Source: Thermoplasmata archaeon (lineage in GTDB: Archaea; Thermoplasmatota; Thermoplasmata; Lutacidiplasmatales; UBA184). Taken from it: 56,405 nt of DNA. Below the pieces are notes generated by a model. The model was not told where the DNA came from and did no database searches. It saw only the letters and a program-made list of their open reading frames with translations. The first letter of the stretch is position 1; every line of letters begins with the position of its first letter. Below are positions 37,141 to 45,604 of the stretch, in pieces. The stretch spans positions 1-56,405 of the forward strand of contig JAKAYT010000006.1 in assembly GCA_021826685.1 (NCBI GenBank), read 5' to 3'. Made by a program: the position numbers and the translations under genes.

Positions 37141-37770
37141 ATGCGGATCATCGAAACGTTTCACTCTCTTCAGGGCGAGGGACCGCTGACCGGTGTTCGC
37201 ACCACGTTCGTCCGGGCGGCCCGGTGCAACCTGAGATGCACGTGGTGCGACACGAAGTACTCCTTCGGGCCCGGCCACGAGCGATCGGTCGCCTCCCTCG
37301 TCAAGGAGGTCGAACGAAACCGGACCGGCTACGTGTGCCTGACCGGGGGCGAGCCGCTCCTCCAGCGCGAAAGCGTCCGGTTGGTGCGCGCGCTTTCCGC
37401 GAAGGGGATCACCACGGTCATCGAGACCGGGGGATCGCTCGACGTTCGCCCCTACCTGGCGATCCCGCGCGCGATCCTGAGCGTCGACGTGAAGTGCCCC
37501 GGATCTCGGATGGAGGCGCACAACCGTTGGTCGAACCTGCCGCTACTCCGGCGAAGGGACGTCGCGAAGTTCGTGATCAACGATCGCGGGGACTATCTCT
37601 ACGCGCGCCGCGCGCTCGCCCACCATCCGACCCGGGCGCAGGTCGTCTTCCAGCCGGTATGGGGGACGCCGCCGGGGCGCCTCGCCGACTGGGTGCTCGC
37701 CGACCGGCTCGACGCCCGGGTCATGTTGCAGGAGCACAAGGTGCTGTGGGGGGACGTCCCCGGCCGCTGA
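37141..37770 (+). CDS. queE: 7-carboxy-7-deazaguanine synthase (radical SAM)
   Basis: SLQGEG, CNLRCTWCDT, TGGEPL and QEHK motifs. Confidence 0.92.
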   Translation: MRIIETFHSLQGEGPLTGVRTTFVRAARCNLRCTWCDTKYSFGPGHERSVASLVKEVERNRTGYVCLTGGEPLLQRESVRLVRALSAKGITTVIETGGSLDVRPYLAIPRAILSVDVKCPGSRMEAHNRWSNLPLLRRRDVAKFVINDRGDYLYARRALAHHPTRAQVVFQPVWGTPPGRLADWVLADRLDARVMLQEHKVLWGDVPGR

Positions 37771-37813
37771 CGAGTGGGGTCCTCCCACGCGGGCGAGGCC
37801 GGCGCGAGGCCTA

Positions 37814-38956
37814 ATGAGGCCGGCGACCTCGGCACTCCCGAGCAAGATGGGGACCCAACCGTCCACCAATCCGGGAGGCCTCGGCGGGCTCGTCGCCGAC
37901 TTCGGCAAGGCCCGTTCGATGGTCTTTCCGCGGGTGGTACTCGCCGGACATGGAGTGCTCAACGAGATCGGTTCCATGTGCACCGATTTCGGCTTCGGGA
38001 AGCGCGGGAGCATCATCACCGGACCGACCACCCTGGCCCTCGCGGGCCAGCGGTGCGCGGACCTCCTCGGCGGATCCGGATTCGAGATCGTGACCACGAT
38101 CGCGCACGAGGCGACCGAAGACGAGGTCGCCCGCGTTCAGAAGGAGATCGAAGCCGCCCGCCCGGGCTTCATCGTCGCGGTCGGCGGAGGCTCGAAGATC
38201 GACATCGGCAAGGTGATCGCCGACCGGCTTCGACTGCCTTTCGTGAGCGTCCCCACGTCCGCGGCCCACGACGGGATCTCCAGCCCTCGCGCTTCCCTGC
38301 ACGGGGCGAAGACCTCGACGAGCATCCAGGCCGCGATGCCACTCGGCATCCTCGCGGACACCGAGGTCATCATCCGGGCGCCGTTCCGCCTGCTGGCCTC
38401 GGGATGCGCCGACGTCGTGAGCAATCTGACCGCCCTTCTCGACTGGAAGCTCGCGGTCCGGCTGAAGAACGAGGAGTACTCCAGCACGGCCGCCACCCTC
38501 GCCGAGTACGCGGCTCAGGAGATCGTCGATCACGCCGCGTACATCAAGCCCAACCTGGAGGAGTCCGCATGGATCGCCATCCGCCCCCTGCTCGTCGCGG
38601 GGATCGCGATGAGCGTGGCCGGCTCCTCGCGCCCGTGCTCGGGGAGCGAGCATCTTTTCAGTCATGCCCTCGATAAGGTCGCCGCGCACCCCGGCCTCCA
38701 CGGGGAGCAATGCGGGATCGGCTCCATCATGATGATGAACCTGCACGGGGGCGACTGGCGCCGCATCCAACGCACCCTCCGGATGCTCGGAGCCCCGACA
38801 AATGCGGAGCAGATCGGCGTGAGCGCGGACGAGGTCGTCCGGTCGCTAGTCATGGCGCACTCCATCCGCCCGGAGCGCTACACGATCCTCGGGGCGAACG
38901 GCCTCACACGGGAGGCGGCGCAGCGTCTCGCCCGCGTCACGGAGGTCATCGACTGA
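37814..38956 (+). CDS. egsA: sn-glycerol-1-phosphate dehydrogenase
   Basis: GGGSKID, SAAHDGISS, SGSEHLFSH and HGEQ motifs; true start may be ATG 37847. Confidence 0.95.
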   Translation: MRPATSALPSKMGTQPSTNPGGLGGLVADFGKARSMVFPRVVLAGHGVLNEIGSMCTDFGFGKRGSIITGPTTLALAGQRCADLLGGSGFEIVTTIAHEATEDEVARVQKEIEAARPGFIVAVGGGSKIDIGKVIADRLRLPFVSVPTSAAHDGISSPRASLHGAKTSTSIQAAMPLGILADTEVIIRAPFRLLASGCADVVSNLTALLDWKLAVRLKNEEYSSTAATLAEYAAQEIVDHAAYIKPNLEESAWIAIRPLLVAGIAMSVAGSSRPCSGSEHLFSHALDKVAAHPGLHGEQCGIGSIMMMNLHGGDWRRIQRTLRMLGAPTNAEQIGVSADEVVRSLVMAHSIRPERYTILGANGLTREAAQRLARVTEVID

Positions 38957-39384
38957 TGGCCGAGATCACGCTCATCGCCCACCCGGAAGCGAAGGAGGGC
39001 TACGAGTTCATCTACCAGGGCGGCGCACCCGTGTGCCGAACCTGCCCGTATCGACAGGCGTGTCTCACTCTCGATCCCGGACGACGCTACTCCATCGTCC
39101 GGGTCCGCCCGATCACGCACCCGTGCGCGATGCAGGAGGCCGAGGCGAACGTCGTCGAGGTGCGAGCGGTTCCTCGCACGCTCGTCGTCGACGCGCGAGC
39201 GGCTACGGTCGGTGCCCGCATCGAAGTCGGTCGCTACGCGTGTTCGCGCCTCGACTGCCCGCACTGGTCGGTGTGCGCGGGACCATCGCTCCCTCCCAAG
39301 CAGCAGTACCACATCGAGCGCGTCGACGCCGCTCCGGTCGACTGTCGCATCGGCAGAACGCTCAAACAGGTCGAGGCGGTCTAG
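38956..39384 (+). CDS. UPF0179 family protein
   Basis: ITLI...G.EFIY.G...CRTCPYRQACLTLDPGRRY pattern; TGATG coupling to egsA. Confidence 0.85.
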   Translation: MAEITLIAHPEAKEGYEFIYQGGAPVCRTCPYRQACLTLDPGRRYSIVRVRPITHPCAMQEAEANVVEVRAVPRTLVVDARAATVGARIEVGRYACSRLDCPHWSVCAGPSLPPKQQYHIERVDAAPVDCRIGRTLKQVEAV

Positions 39385-39393
39385 CGCGCGTGC

Positions 39394-39502
39394 GGGGCTG
39401 TGGGGTAGCTACGGGCCCGAGGCATCTCCCTCGGTCCGCTCTACTGGTCCATCCTTCGAGCTTTGGGAGCTCGGGACCCCGATTCAAATTCGGGCAGCCC
39501 CA
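39394..39502 (+). tRNA. tRNA-Pro(UGG) with ~34-nt intron in the D-loop (approx. 39411-39444)
   Basis: Acceptor GGGGCTG/CAGCCCC+A; anticodon arm CGAGC-TTTGGGA-GCTCG; T-arm CCCGA-TTCAAAT-TCGGG; removing the insert restores D-loop AGCTTGGTCCA and gives 75 nt. Confidence 0.9.
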
Positions 39503-39540
39503 TCGCGCCCCGGTCCGTTCCAGCGAGGTTTCTCCGCCCC

Positions 39541-40392
39541 ATGGATGAACCGCCGGACGCACCGAACGCCGCGGCGGAGGACGCGGCCACCGCGATCCCG
39601 ACCCTGGGCCTACACTCCGCTACCCTGCCGTGCGACGTCTGTGGAAGAGCGACGCCGCACCGGATCCTGCATCTCCGTCGGGGACCCCAGACCGCGCACG
39701 GCGCTCCGAGCGGCGTCCACGGCGTGGCCCGGTGCCGAGTCTGCCACTCCGTTCGGCCGTTCTCGATCGGAAATCCCGAGGCCGCCGTGGTCGTCCCGGT
39801 GGTCGTCTCCGACGGCCCGCGCTCGCGTAGGGTCACGACGGAACTCCCCGCGCATCGCCGCCTCCAGGTCGGATCGGGCGTGCCGGACTCCGAGGTTCCG
39901 TGGATCGTGCGAGGGATCGACCGCCACGACGGGCGCCGGGTGTCCGAAGCTCGATCCGAGGAGATCGCGACGCTATGGGTCGAGCGGGACCGCGGACCGA
40001 CGGTGCCCTTGTCGATCATCGAGGGGCGACGCACCCGCTCCCTCAAGCTCGCCACACGGCCGGAAGCCGCGTTCACGGTCGGCGACGTGCTGAGGGTCGA
40101 CGAGGTCGAAGTCCGGGTCGTCCGGATCCGGGCCCGTGGCGTGAACTGGCAACGTCCCGGGGATCGGTTCGCGGCGCCGGAGATCCAGCGGCTCTACGCG
40201 CGACGGAACGTGAGGCCGCCGGCAGGCAAGAGGCCCTGGAGCCGCGATCGCGATACCCCGGTCTCTCGCGATAGCTCGACCTCCCGTTCGGCCCGTTCCC
40301 GCTCATCGCCCGGCGTAAGCAGGAATCGGGCCGTGCCGAGGAGGCGGACCGCGCTCTCGGGAGCGACTGTCCACCGTTCCTGCCCCTCGTAG
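39541..40392 (+). CDS. HVO_0476-family archaeal zinc-finger protein
   Basis: CDVC...H.IL...CRVC followed by two repeated beta domains ending IQRLYA; C-terminus runs into rqcH. Confidence 0.75.
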   Translation: MDEPPDAPNAAAEDAATAIPTLGLHSATLPCDVCGRATPHRILHLRRGPQTAHGAPSGVHGVARCRVCHSVRPFSIGNPEAAVVVPVVVSDGPRSRRVTTELPAHRRLQVGSGVPDSEVPWIVRGIDRHDGRRVSEARSEEIATLWVERDRGPTVPLSIIEGRRTRSLKLATRPEAAFTVGDVLRVDEVEVRVVRIRARGVNWQRPGDRFAAPEIQRLYARRNVRPPAGKRPWSRDRDTPVSRDSSTSRSARSRSSPGVSRNRAVPRRRTALSGATVHRSCPS

Positions 40393-42080
40393 CGGAGGGT
40401 GCCGAGCGCGAGCTCGAGGGGGAGGTCCTTCAGGTAGTGCTTGGTCCCGGTGACCACCCACGATCCTCGCGCGACGAACTCTCCCGTGGCCGGGGTCTTC
40501 GAGACCTGGTCCGCCGTCACCCAGAACGCGGTCGCGGACGCGAGACCCGCTCTCCAGGCCTTGGAGAAGGCGACCGCCCAGCGGCCCGCCTCGTCGATCG
40601 TCCTCTCCGGGATGGGTCCCCGGCCCGGGCCGGGCGACTTGACGACCACGCTCGGGGCGCCGTGAAGGTCGGCGTGGAGGTAGATGTCGCCGTCGCGCAG
40701 ATGCCGTCGGACGACGCGATCGTTCGATCCCGCATCGCGCCCCGCCACGACGATCAGGCGGTCGGAGGAGACGAACCAACGGAATCGCTCGAACCAGAAC
40801 TCGGGTCCGTGGGTCTCCTCCCCCACGGAGGTGCGAGCACGACGAGGCGGAGCGACGGGATGGGCGAGCCGTGCCTCGGAGGCCGCAAGCGCGGCACGCG
40901 CCCCGGCGAGCTTGGCCTGAGCCCTCTTCGCCTCGTCGAACAAAGCTTGCGCGGAAGCCCGGGGAGGCTGGTCCACGAGAACCGAGACGATCTGACCGTC
41001 GAGGGAGATCGGGGCACTAGCGGGTGGGTCGGGCCTCGAGCGTATATCGGCGAGCTGGCGCTCCACCTCCTCGAAGTGCGTGAGGATCGCCTGACCCTGG
41101 GCTACGAGCCGGCGGGCGGATTCCTCGAGCGACCGCACCGCCTCGATCTGGCGTTCGCGCTGACGTTCGAGGTTCCCTCGCTCGATCTCCTCCGGACTCT
41201 TCGGGGGAGCCGGTCCGGCGGGAACGAGGGCGGGGAAATAGCGAAGGGCCGCATCGCTGAACCGCGGTAGCTCGGTCTCCCGGACGCTCGGATCGTCGGC
41301 CCAGCGTCGGGACGGGTAGGGGGTCGCGTCGACGACCTCCCGATCCCGCTCGTAGACGTAGCCGCGCGGAGGGTCCGCAATCTCGGATCGGAGCTGGGAG
41401 ATCGTGCTACGGAGCATACCCGCGATCTCGACCGGAGAGGAAGCCGTCGTCACGTGGGCTCGTGCGAGGATCTCCTCGGCGGCGGGCCCTCCGAGGGCCA
41501 GGCGAGCCGCGAGTGTGCTGGGGAGGTCGCTATGGGAGCGCCGGAGCTCCTCCGCGAGCTGCTCTGTTTCCATGGACCACGGGTCGGTGCGCTCGGGCGG
41601 CCGTTGGTATTCCGCACCGATCCGCACCACTCGATGCGCCCAGGCGCGTGGTTTGGCGACGGCGACGATCGTCCCCCCTTCGGCGACTACGAGGTTTCCG
41701 GATCCGAAGAACTCGAGGCCCAGGACGAGCTGCGACGCACCGCCGCGGAGGAGCTCGAGCTCGAGGTAGCGCTCGCTCTTCGGATCTCGCGCTCCGGTGA
41801 CGATGGCACCCGAGAGAAGCCGGCGGAGGTCCTTGGCCATCGGGGTGAGGTCTTCCCCATGTTCCCCGATCTCTCGGGCCAGAGCGGCATATCGACCCGG
41901 GAATAGACGAAGCTCCCATCGGCCCTCGTTCGGGACTCTGAAGACAAGGCTCCAGCCTCTGCCCGGAAGGTCGAACACCTTGTCGACCCTCGCTTTCGTC
42001 AGGGCCCGGATCTCCCGGACCAACGCGAGCGTGTCCAGGGCCGTGAAACGATCCTTGAGCGTGGGGCCGTCCATGGTCAT
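40194..42080 (-). CDS. rqcH: ribosome rescue protein RqcH/Rqc2 (NFACT family)
   Basis: LEFFGSGN, WFERFRWFVSS, AGRDAGSND, HADLHGAP, FSKAW and QVSKTP..GE motifs. Confidence 0.92.
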   Translation of the reverse strand: MTMDGPTLKDRFTALDTLALVREIRALTKARVDKVFDLPGRGWSLVFRVPNEGRWELRLFPGRYAALAREIGEHGEDLTPMAKDLRRLLSGAIVTGARDPKSERYLELELLRGGASQLVLGLEFFGSGNLVVAEGGTIVAVAKPRAWAHRVVRIGAEYQRPPERTDPWSMETEQLAEELRRSHSDLPSTLAARLALGGPAAEEILARAHVTTASSPVEIAGMLRSTISQLRSEIADPPRGYVYERDREVVDATPYPSRRWADDPSVRETELPRFSDAALRYFPALVPAGPAPPKSPEEIERGNLERQRERQIEAVRSLEESARRLVAQGQAILTHFEEVERQLADIRSRPDPPASAPISLDGQIVSVLVDQPPRASAQALFDEAKRAQAKLAGARAALAASEARLAHPVAPPRRARTSVGEETHGPEFWFERFRWFVSSDRLIVVAGRDAGSNDRVVRRHLRDGDIYLHADLHGAPSVVVKSPGPGRGPIPERTIDEAGRWAVAFSKAWRAGLASATAFWVTADQVSKTPATGEFVARGSWVVTGTKHYLKDLPLELALGTLRYEGQERWTVAPESAVRLLGTARFLLTPGDERERAEREVELSRETGVSRSRLQGLLPAGGLTFRRA

Positions 42081-42141
42081 CCCCTACCGGCGAGCGACGG
42101 ACCGCCCCCATTAAGCGTTCTTCGACCTGCTCGGGGCGCGC

Positions 42142-43287
42142 ATGTCCCTTCCACTCCAACCGCTCGCCGCCTTGCGGCGGGAGGTACGCACGTACGCGGA
42201 GCGGGCGATCGCCCCGCTGACCGACGAAATCGACCGGTCCGACCGCCTCCCTCCCGAGGTCTTCCGCGGGCTGGCGCAGGAGGGTCTTACGGGGCTCGGT
42301 ATCCCAGCGGAGTGGGGCGGGATCGGGGGAGGGACCCGCGAGCTGAGCGTCGTGCTCGAGGAACTCTCACGAGTCAGCGCGACGGTAGGGACTGACCTCT
42401 CGGTGCATCTCTCGGTGTGCGCGGCTCCGATCCTGAAGTGGGGCACGGATACGCAGCGAACGCGATGGTTGCGACCGCTCGCGCGAGGAGAGTCGCTCGG
42501 CGCTTTCGCGCTGACCGAACCCGGAGTAGGCTCGGACGCCGCGCACCTTTCGACGCGGTATGAGCGAATCGGCGCCGGGGTGCGGATCACCGGCTCGAAG
42601 ATGTTCATCACGAACGGGAGCAGCGCCGGGATCGTGCTCGCCTTCGCGACGTTCGATCCCGCCCGTGGCTCCCACGGGATTAGCGCGTTCCTGATCCCTC
42701 GCGGGACCCCGGGGTTCTCGGTCGCGCAGCGCCTCGACAAACTCGGGCTGCGCGGCAGCGAGACGAACGAGCTGATCTTCGATGGCGTGGAACTTCCCGC
42801 CGACGCCCAGCTGGGGCGAGAGGGAGAGGGGCTCTCGATCGCGCTCGGGGCCCTCATGGGCGGGCGGATCGGCATCGCGTCGTGCGCCCTCGGGGTCGCC
42901 CAGGCCGGGTTCGACCAGCTTCGTGCCGCGGTCGCGCAGAGTCCCGACGACGAGCGTCGGGCGCGCCTCGCGCGCGCATGGGCCGACCTTTCCTCAGCGC
43001 GTGCCCTGATCGAGAAGGCCGCCGAAGCCAAGGACGCGGGGCAGCCGTACGAACTCGCCGCGTCGACGGCCAAGCTGGTGGCGGCGCGTGTCGCCGCGTC
43101 GATTGCCCACGATGCGGTCGAGGTCATCGGGGGGCCGGCGACGCTACGAGGGCATCCGGCCGAGCGGATCCTGCGCGACGCCCGGGTCTTTCCGATCGTC
43201 GAGGGGACCACCGAGATCCAGGAACGGATCGTCGGCAAGATGCTGAGCGAGAGCGGGACCGGTAGGATCCCTTCCGACCATGCCTAG
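42142..43287 (+). CDS. acyl-CoA dehydrogenase family protein
   Basis: FALTEPGVGSD, GSKMFITNG, KLGLRGSET, GRIGIA and IVEGTTEIQ motifs. Confidence 0.92.
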   Translation: MSLPLQPLAALRREVRTYAERAIAPLTDEIDRSDRLPPEVFRGLAQEGLTGLGIPAEWGGIGGGTRELSVVLEELSRVSATVGTDLSVHLSVCAAPILKWGTDTQRTRWLRPLARGESLGAFALTEPGVGSDAAHLSTRYERIGAGVRITGSKMFITNGSSAGIVLAFATFDPARGSHGISAFLIPRGTPGFSVAQRLDKLGLRGSETNELIFDGVELPADAQLGREGEGLSIALGALMGGRIGIASCALGVAQAGFDQLRAAVAQSPDDERRARLARAWADLSSARALIEKAAEAKDAGQPYELAASTAKLVAARVAASIAHDAVEVIGGPATLRGHPAERILRDARVFPIVEGTTEIQERIVGKMLSESGTGRIPSDHA

Positions 43288-45604
43288 GCCTCGCGGGGGA
43301 CGCCGCACGGGACCCTCGCCTCCCGCTCCCCACTCCCCGCTCGTCCCGGTCGCGCCCGCACTGGGGGGGACGCCCGTCGACTCCACGGCGATCGATCCCG
43401 AGTGCCGCGCCATCCTCAGCAAGGAGGGGATCCGTTCCCTCTATCCTCCCCAGGCGGCCGCGCTTGGCCCCGCTCTCGCAGGGCGCAACCTCTTGCTCGC
43501 CTGCCCGACCGCGAGCGGGAAGTCGCTCGTCGCGTACCTCGCCCTCGTCCGCGCCTTCCGCGAAGGCCGACGCGGGCTCTACATGGTGCCGCTGCGGGCG
43601 CTCGCCCGGGAGAAGGCCGAGGAGCTGCGCGCTTTCGAACCCCTCGGTATGCGCGTCGGCATCTCGATCGGCGACTTCGATCTGCGGCCGGACCAGCTCG
43701 ACCAGGTCGACGTGCTCGTCGCGACCAGCGAAAAGGCGGACGCGCTCCTGCGGCGCGGGAGTCCCTGGCTGGACGGCGTCGGGGTCGTCATCGCGGACGA
43801 GGTGCATCTCTTGCGAGACCCCGATCGGGGTCCGACGCTTGAGATCACCCTGACCCGGCTCCGCCGGTCCTATCCGGCGCTTCAGGTCGTGGCCCTAAGT
43901 GCCACGGTCGGGAACGCTGAAGAGGTCGCGCGGTGGTTGTCGGCCGAGCCAATCGTCAGCGACTTCCGCCCCGTCCCGCTCAAACACGGCGTCTATCACG
44001 ATGGGCGGATCGTATTCACCGACCTCTCGACGCGAGATGTCCCGGGACCGGGAGAGGCCGTCCCTCGGCTCGTGCGCAACGTGATCGAGGAAGGAGGTCA
44101 GGCGTTGGTGTTCGTGAACACGCGCCGCGCGAGCGAGCAAGCCGCCCAAGGACTGGTGCCCACCGTCCGCTCCCTCCTCTCCCCGGAGGATCGCGTTTCC
44201 GCGCGAGAGACCGTCGAGACGCTGCTCTCCGTCGCCGAAGAAGAGACCGAGGGGGTCCGTCGCCTCTCCGAGCTGATCCCCCACGGCGTCGCCTACCACA
44301 ACGCGTCGCTCACCAATGCCGAGCGCGAGGTGGTGGAGCACGCGTTCCGCGATCGGATCCTGAAAGTGCTGGTCGCGACGCCGACCCTCGCCGCCGGGAT
44401 CAACCTCCCCGCGCGCCGCGTGATCGTTCGCGACACCTATCGCTACGACGACCGGATCGGAATGCAGGCCCCGATCCCCGCGATGGAGATTCAGCAGATG
44501 TGCGGCCGGGCCGGTCGACCGCGCTTCGACGCGAGCGGGGAAGCGGTGCTGGTGGCCCGTGACGCCGAGCAAGAGGAGCGCTACCTCGACACCTATCTCT
44601 CGAGCCCGCCCGAGGATATCGAGAGCCGACTCGCCGCCGAGCCCGCGCTGCGCATGCACTTGCTCGCGCTGGTGGCGAGCGGGGCGGTCGCGAGCGAATC
44701 CGACCTCGAGACGTTCTTCCGGGGGACCCTCTACGGACACACCCTGCCGTGGACGGACCTCGTCGATCACATCGATCGCGTGCGTCGGTTCCTCGAGCAG
44801 AACGAGTTCCTCGATGCCGGTCCGATCCTGCGAGCCACGCCGTTCGGCCAGCTCACGAGCGAGCTCTACCTCGACCCCTTGAGCGCCCTGATTCTGCGGA
44901 CGATGCTCGACCGCGCCCCGTTGGGCGTCGGCCCGTTCGCGCTGCTGGCGGGCATCTCGGCGGCTCCGGACCTCCCTCCGCTCTTCCTCAAGCGGGACGA
45001 GGAGGCCGTACTGCTCGAGCGTTTCACCAACGAAGCCGAGGAACTCCTCGTCAAACCGGAGGAGCCTCCCCTCGCGCTCCCGCTCGAGACCTACCTAGCG
45101 ACGCTGAAGACCGCGAGCGTTCTTGAGGCGTGGGTCTCGGAAATCCCGATCGCCGAGATCACGGCGAAGTTCGGGATCGGAGCCGGCGACCTCCACGCGA
45201 AGGCGGACGACGCCGAGTGGCTCCTCTTCGGCCTGGGTCGCTTCGCCGTGCGCTTCCAGCGTCGCCTCGCGCGGCCGGTGGACGACCTCGCGCTCCGGGT
45301 GCGTTACGGAGTCCGCGAAGAGCTCCTCGACCTCGTGCGACTTCGAGGGGTCGGCCGCGCTCGCGCCCGGGCTCTCTATCGGGCCGGATACGCCGATCGA
45401 GAGGCGTTGCGCGCCGCTCCGGTGGACCGCATCGAGCAGGTCCTCCGCTCGCGTCGACTCGCCGAGTCGATCCTCGCCCAAGTCCGTGGCAAGGGAGGGC
45501 CGACCGGCGGGCCGATCACCCCGGTCGAGGGAGCGGCCACGCCGGCCGCGCCGCACCGGCGGGGGACCCGTACGCTCGAGGAATATCGATCGGCCGGGGA
45601 CTGA
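43280..45604 (+). CDS. hel308: Hel308/Ski2-like DNA helicase
   Basis: PTASGKS, DEVH, SATVGN, TLAAGINLP and QMCGRAGRP motifs; C-terminal HhH (GVGRARARAL). Confidence 0.93.
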   Translation: MPRPRGGRRTGPSPPAPHSPLVPVAPALGGTPVDSTAIDPECRAILSKEGIRSLYPPQAAALGPALAGRNLLLACPTASGKSLVAYLALVRAFREGRRGLYMVPLRALAREKAEELRAFEPLGMRVGISIGDFDLRPDQLDQVDVLVATSEKADALLRRGSPWLDGVGVVIADEVHLLRDPDRGPTLEITLTRLRRSYPALQVVALSATVGNAEEVARWLSAEPIVSDFRPVPLKHGVYHDGRIVFTDLSTRDVPGPGEAVPRLVRNVIEEGGQALVFVNTRRASEQAAQGLVPTVRSLLSPEDRVSARETVETLLSVAEEETEGVRRLSELIPHGVAYHNASLTNAEREVVEHAFRDRILKVLVATPTLAAGINLPARRVIVRDTYRYDDRIGMQAPIPAMEIQQMCGRAGRPRFDASGEAVLVARDAEQEERYLDTYLSSPPEDIESRLAAEPALRMHLLALVASGAVASESDLETFFRGTLYGHTLPWTDLVDHIDRVRRFLEQNEFLDAGPILRATPFGQLTSELYLDPLSALILRTMLDRAPLGVGPFALLAGISAAPDLPPLFLKRDEEAVLLERFTNEAEELLVKPEEPPLALPLETYLATLKTASVLEAWVSEIPIAEITAKFGIGAGDLHAKADDAEWLLFGLGRFAVRFQRRLARPVDDLALRVRYGVREELLDLVRLRGVGRARARALYRAGYADREALRAAPVDRIEQVLRSRRLAESILAQVRGKGGPTGGPITPVEGAATPAAPHRRGTRTLEEYRSAGD

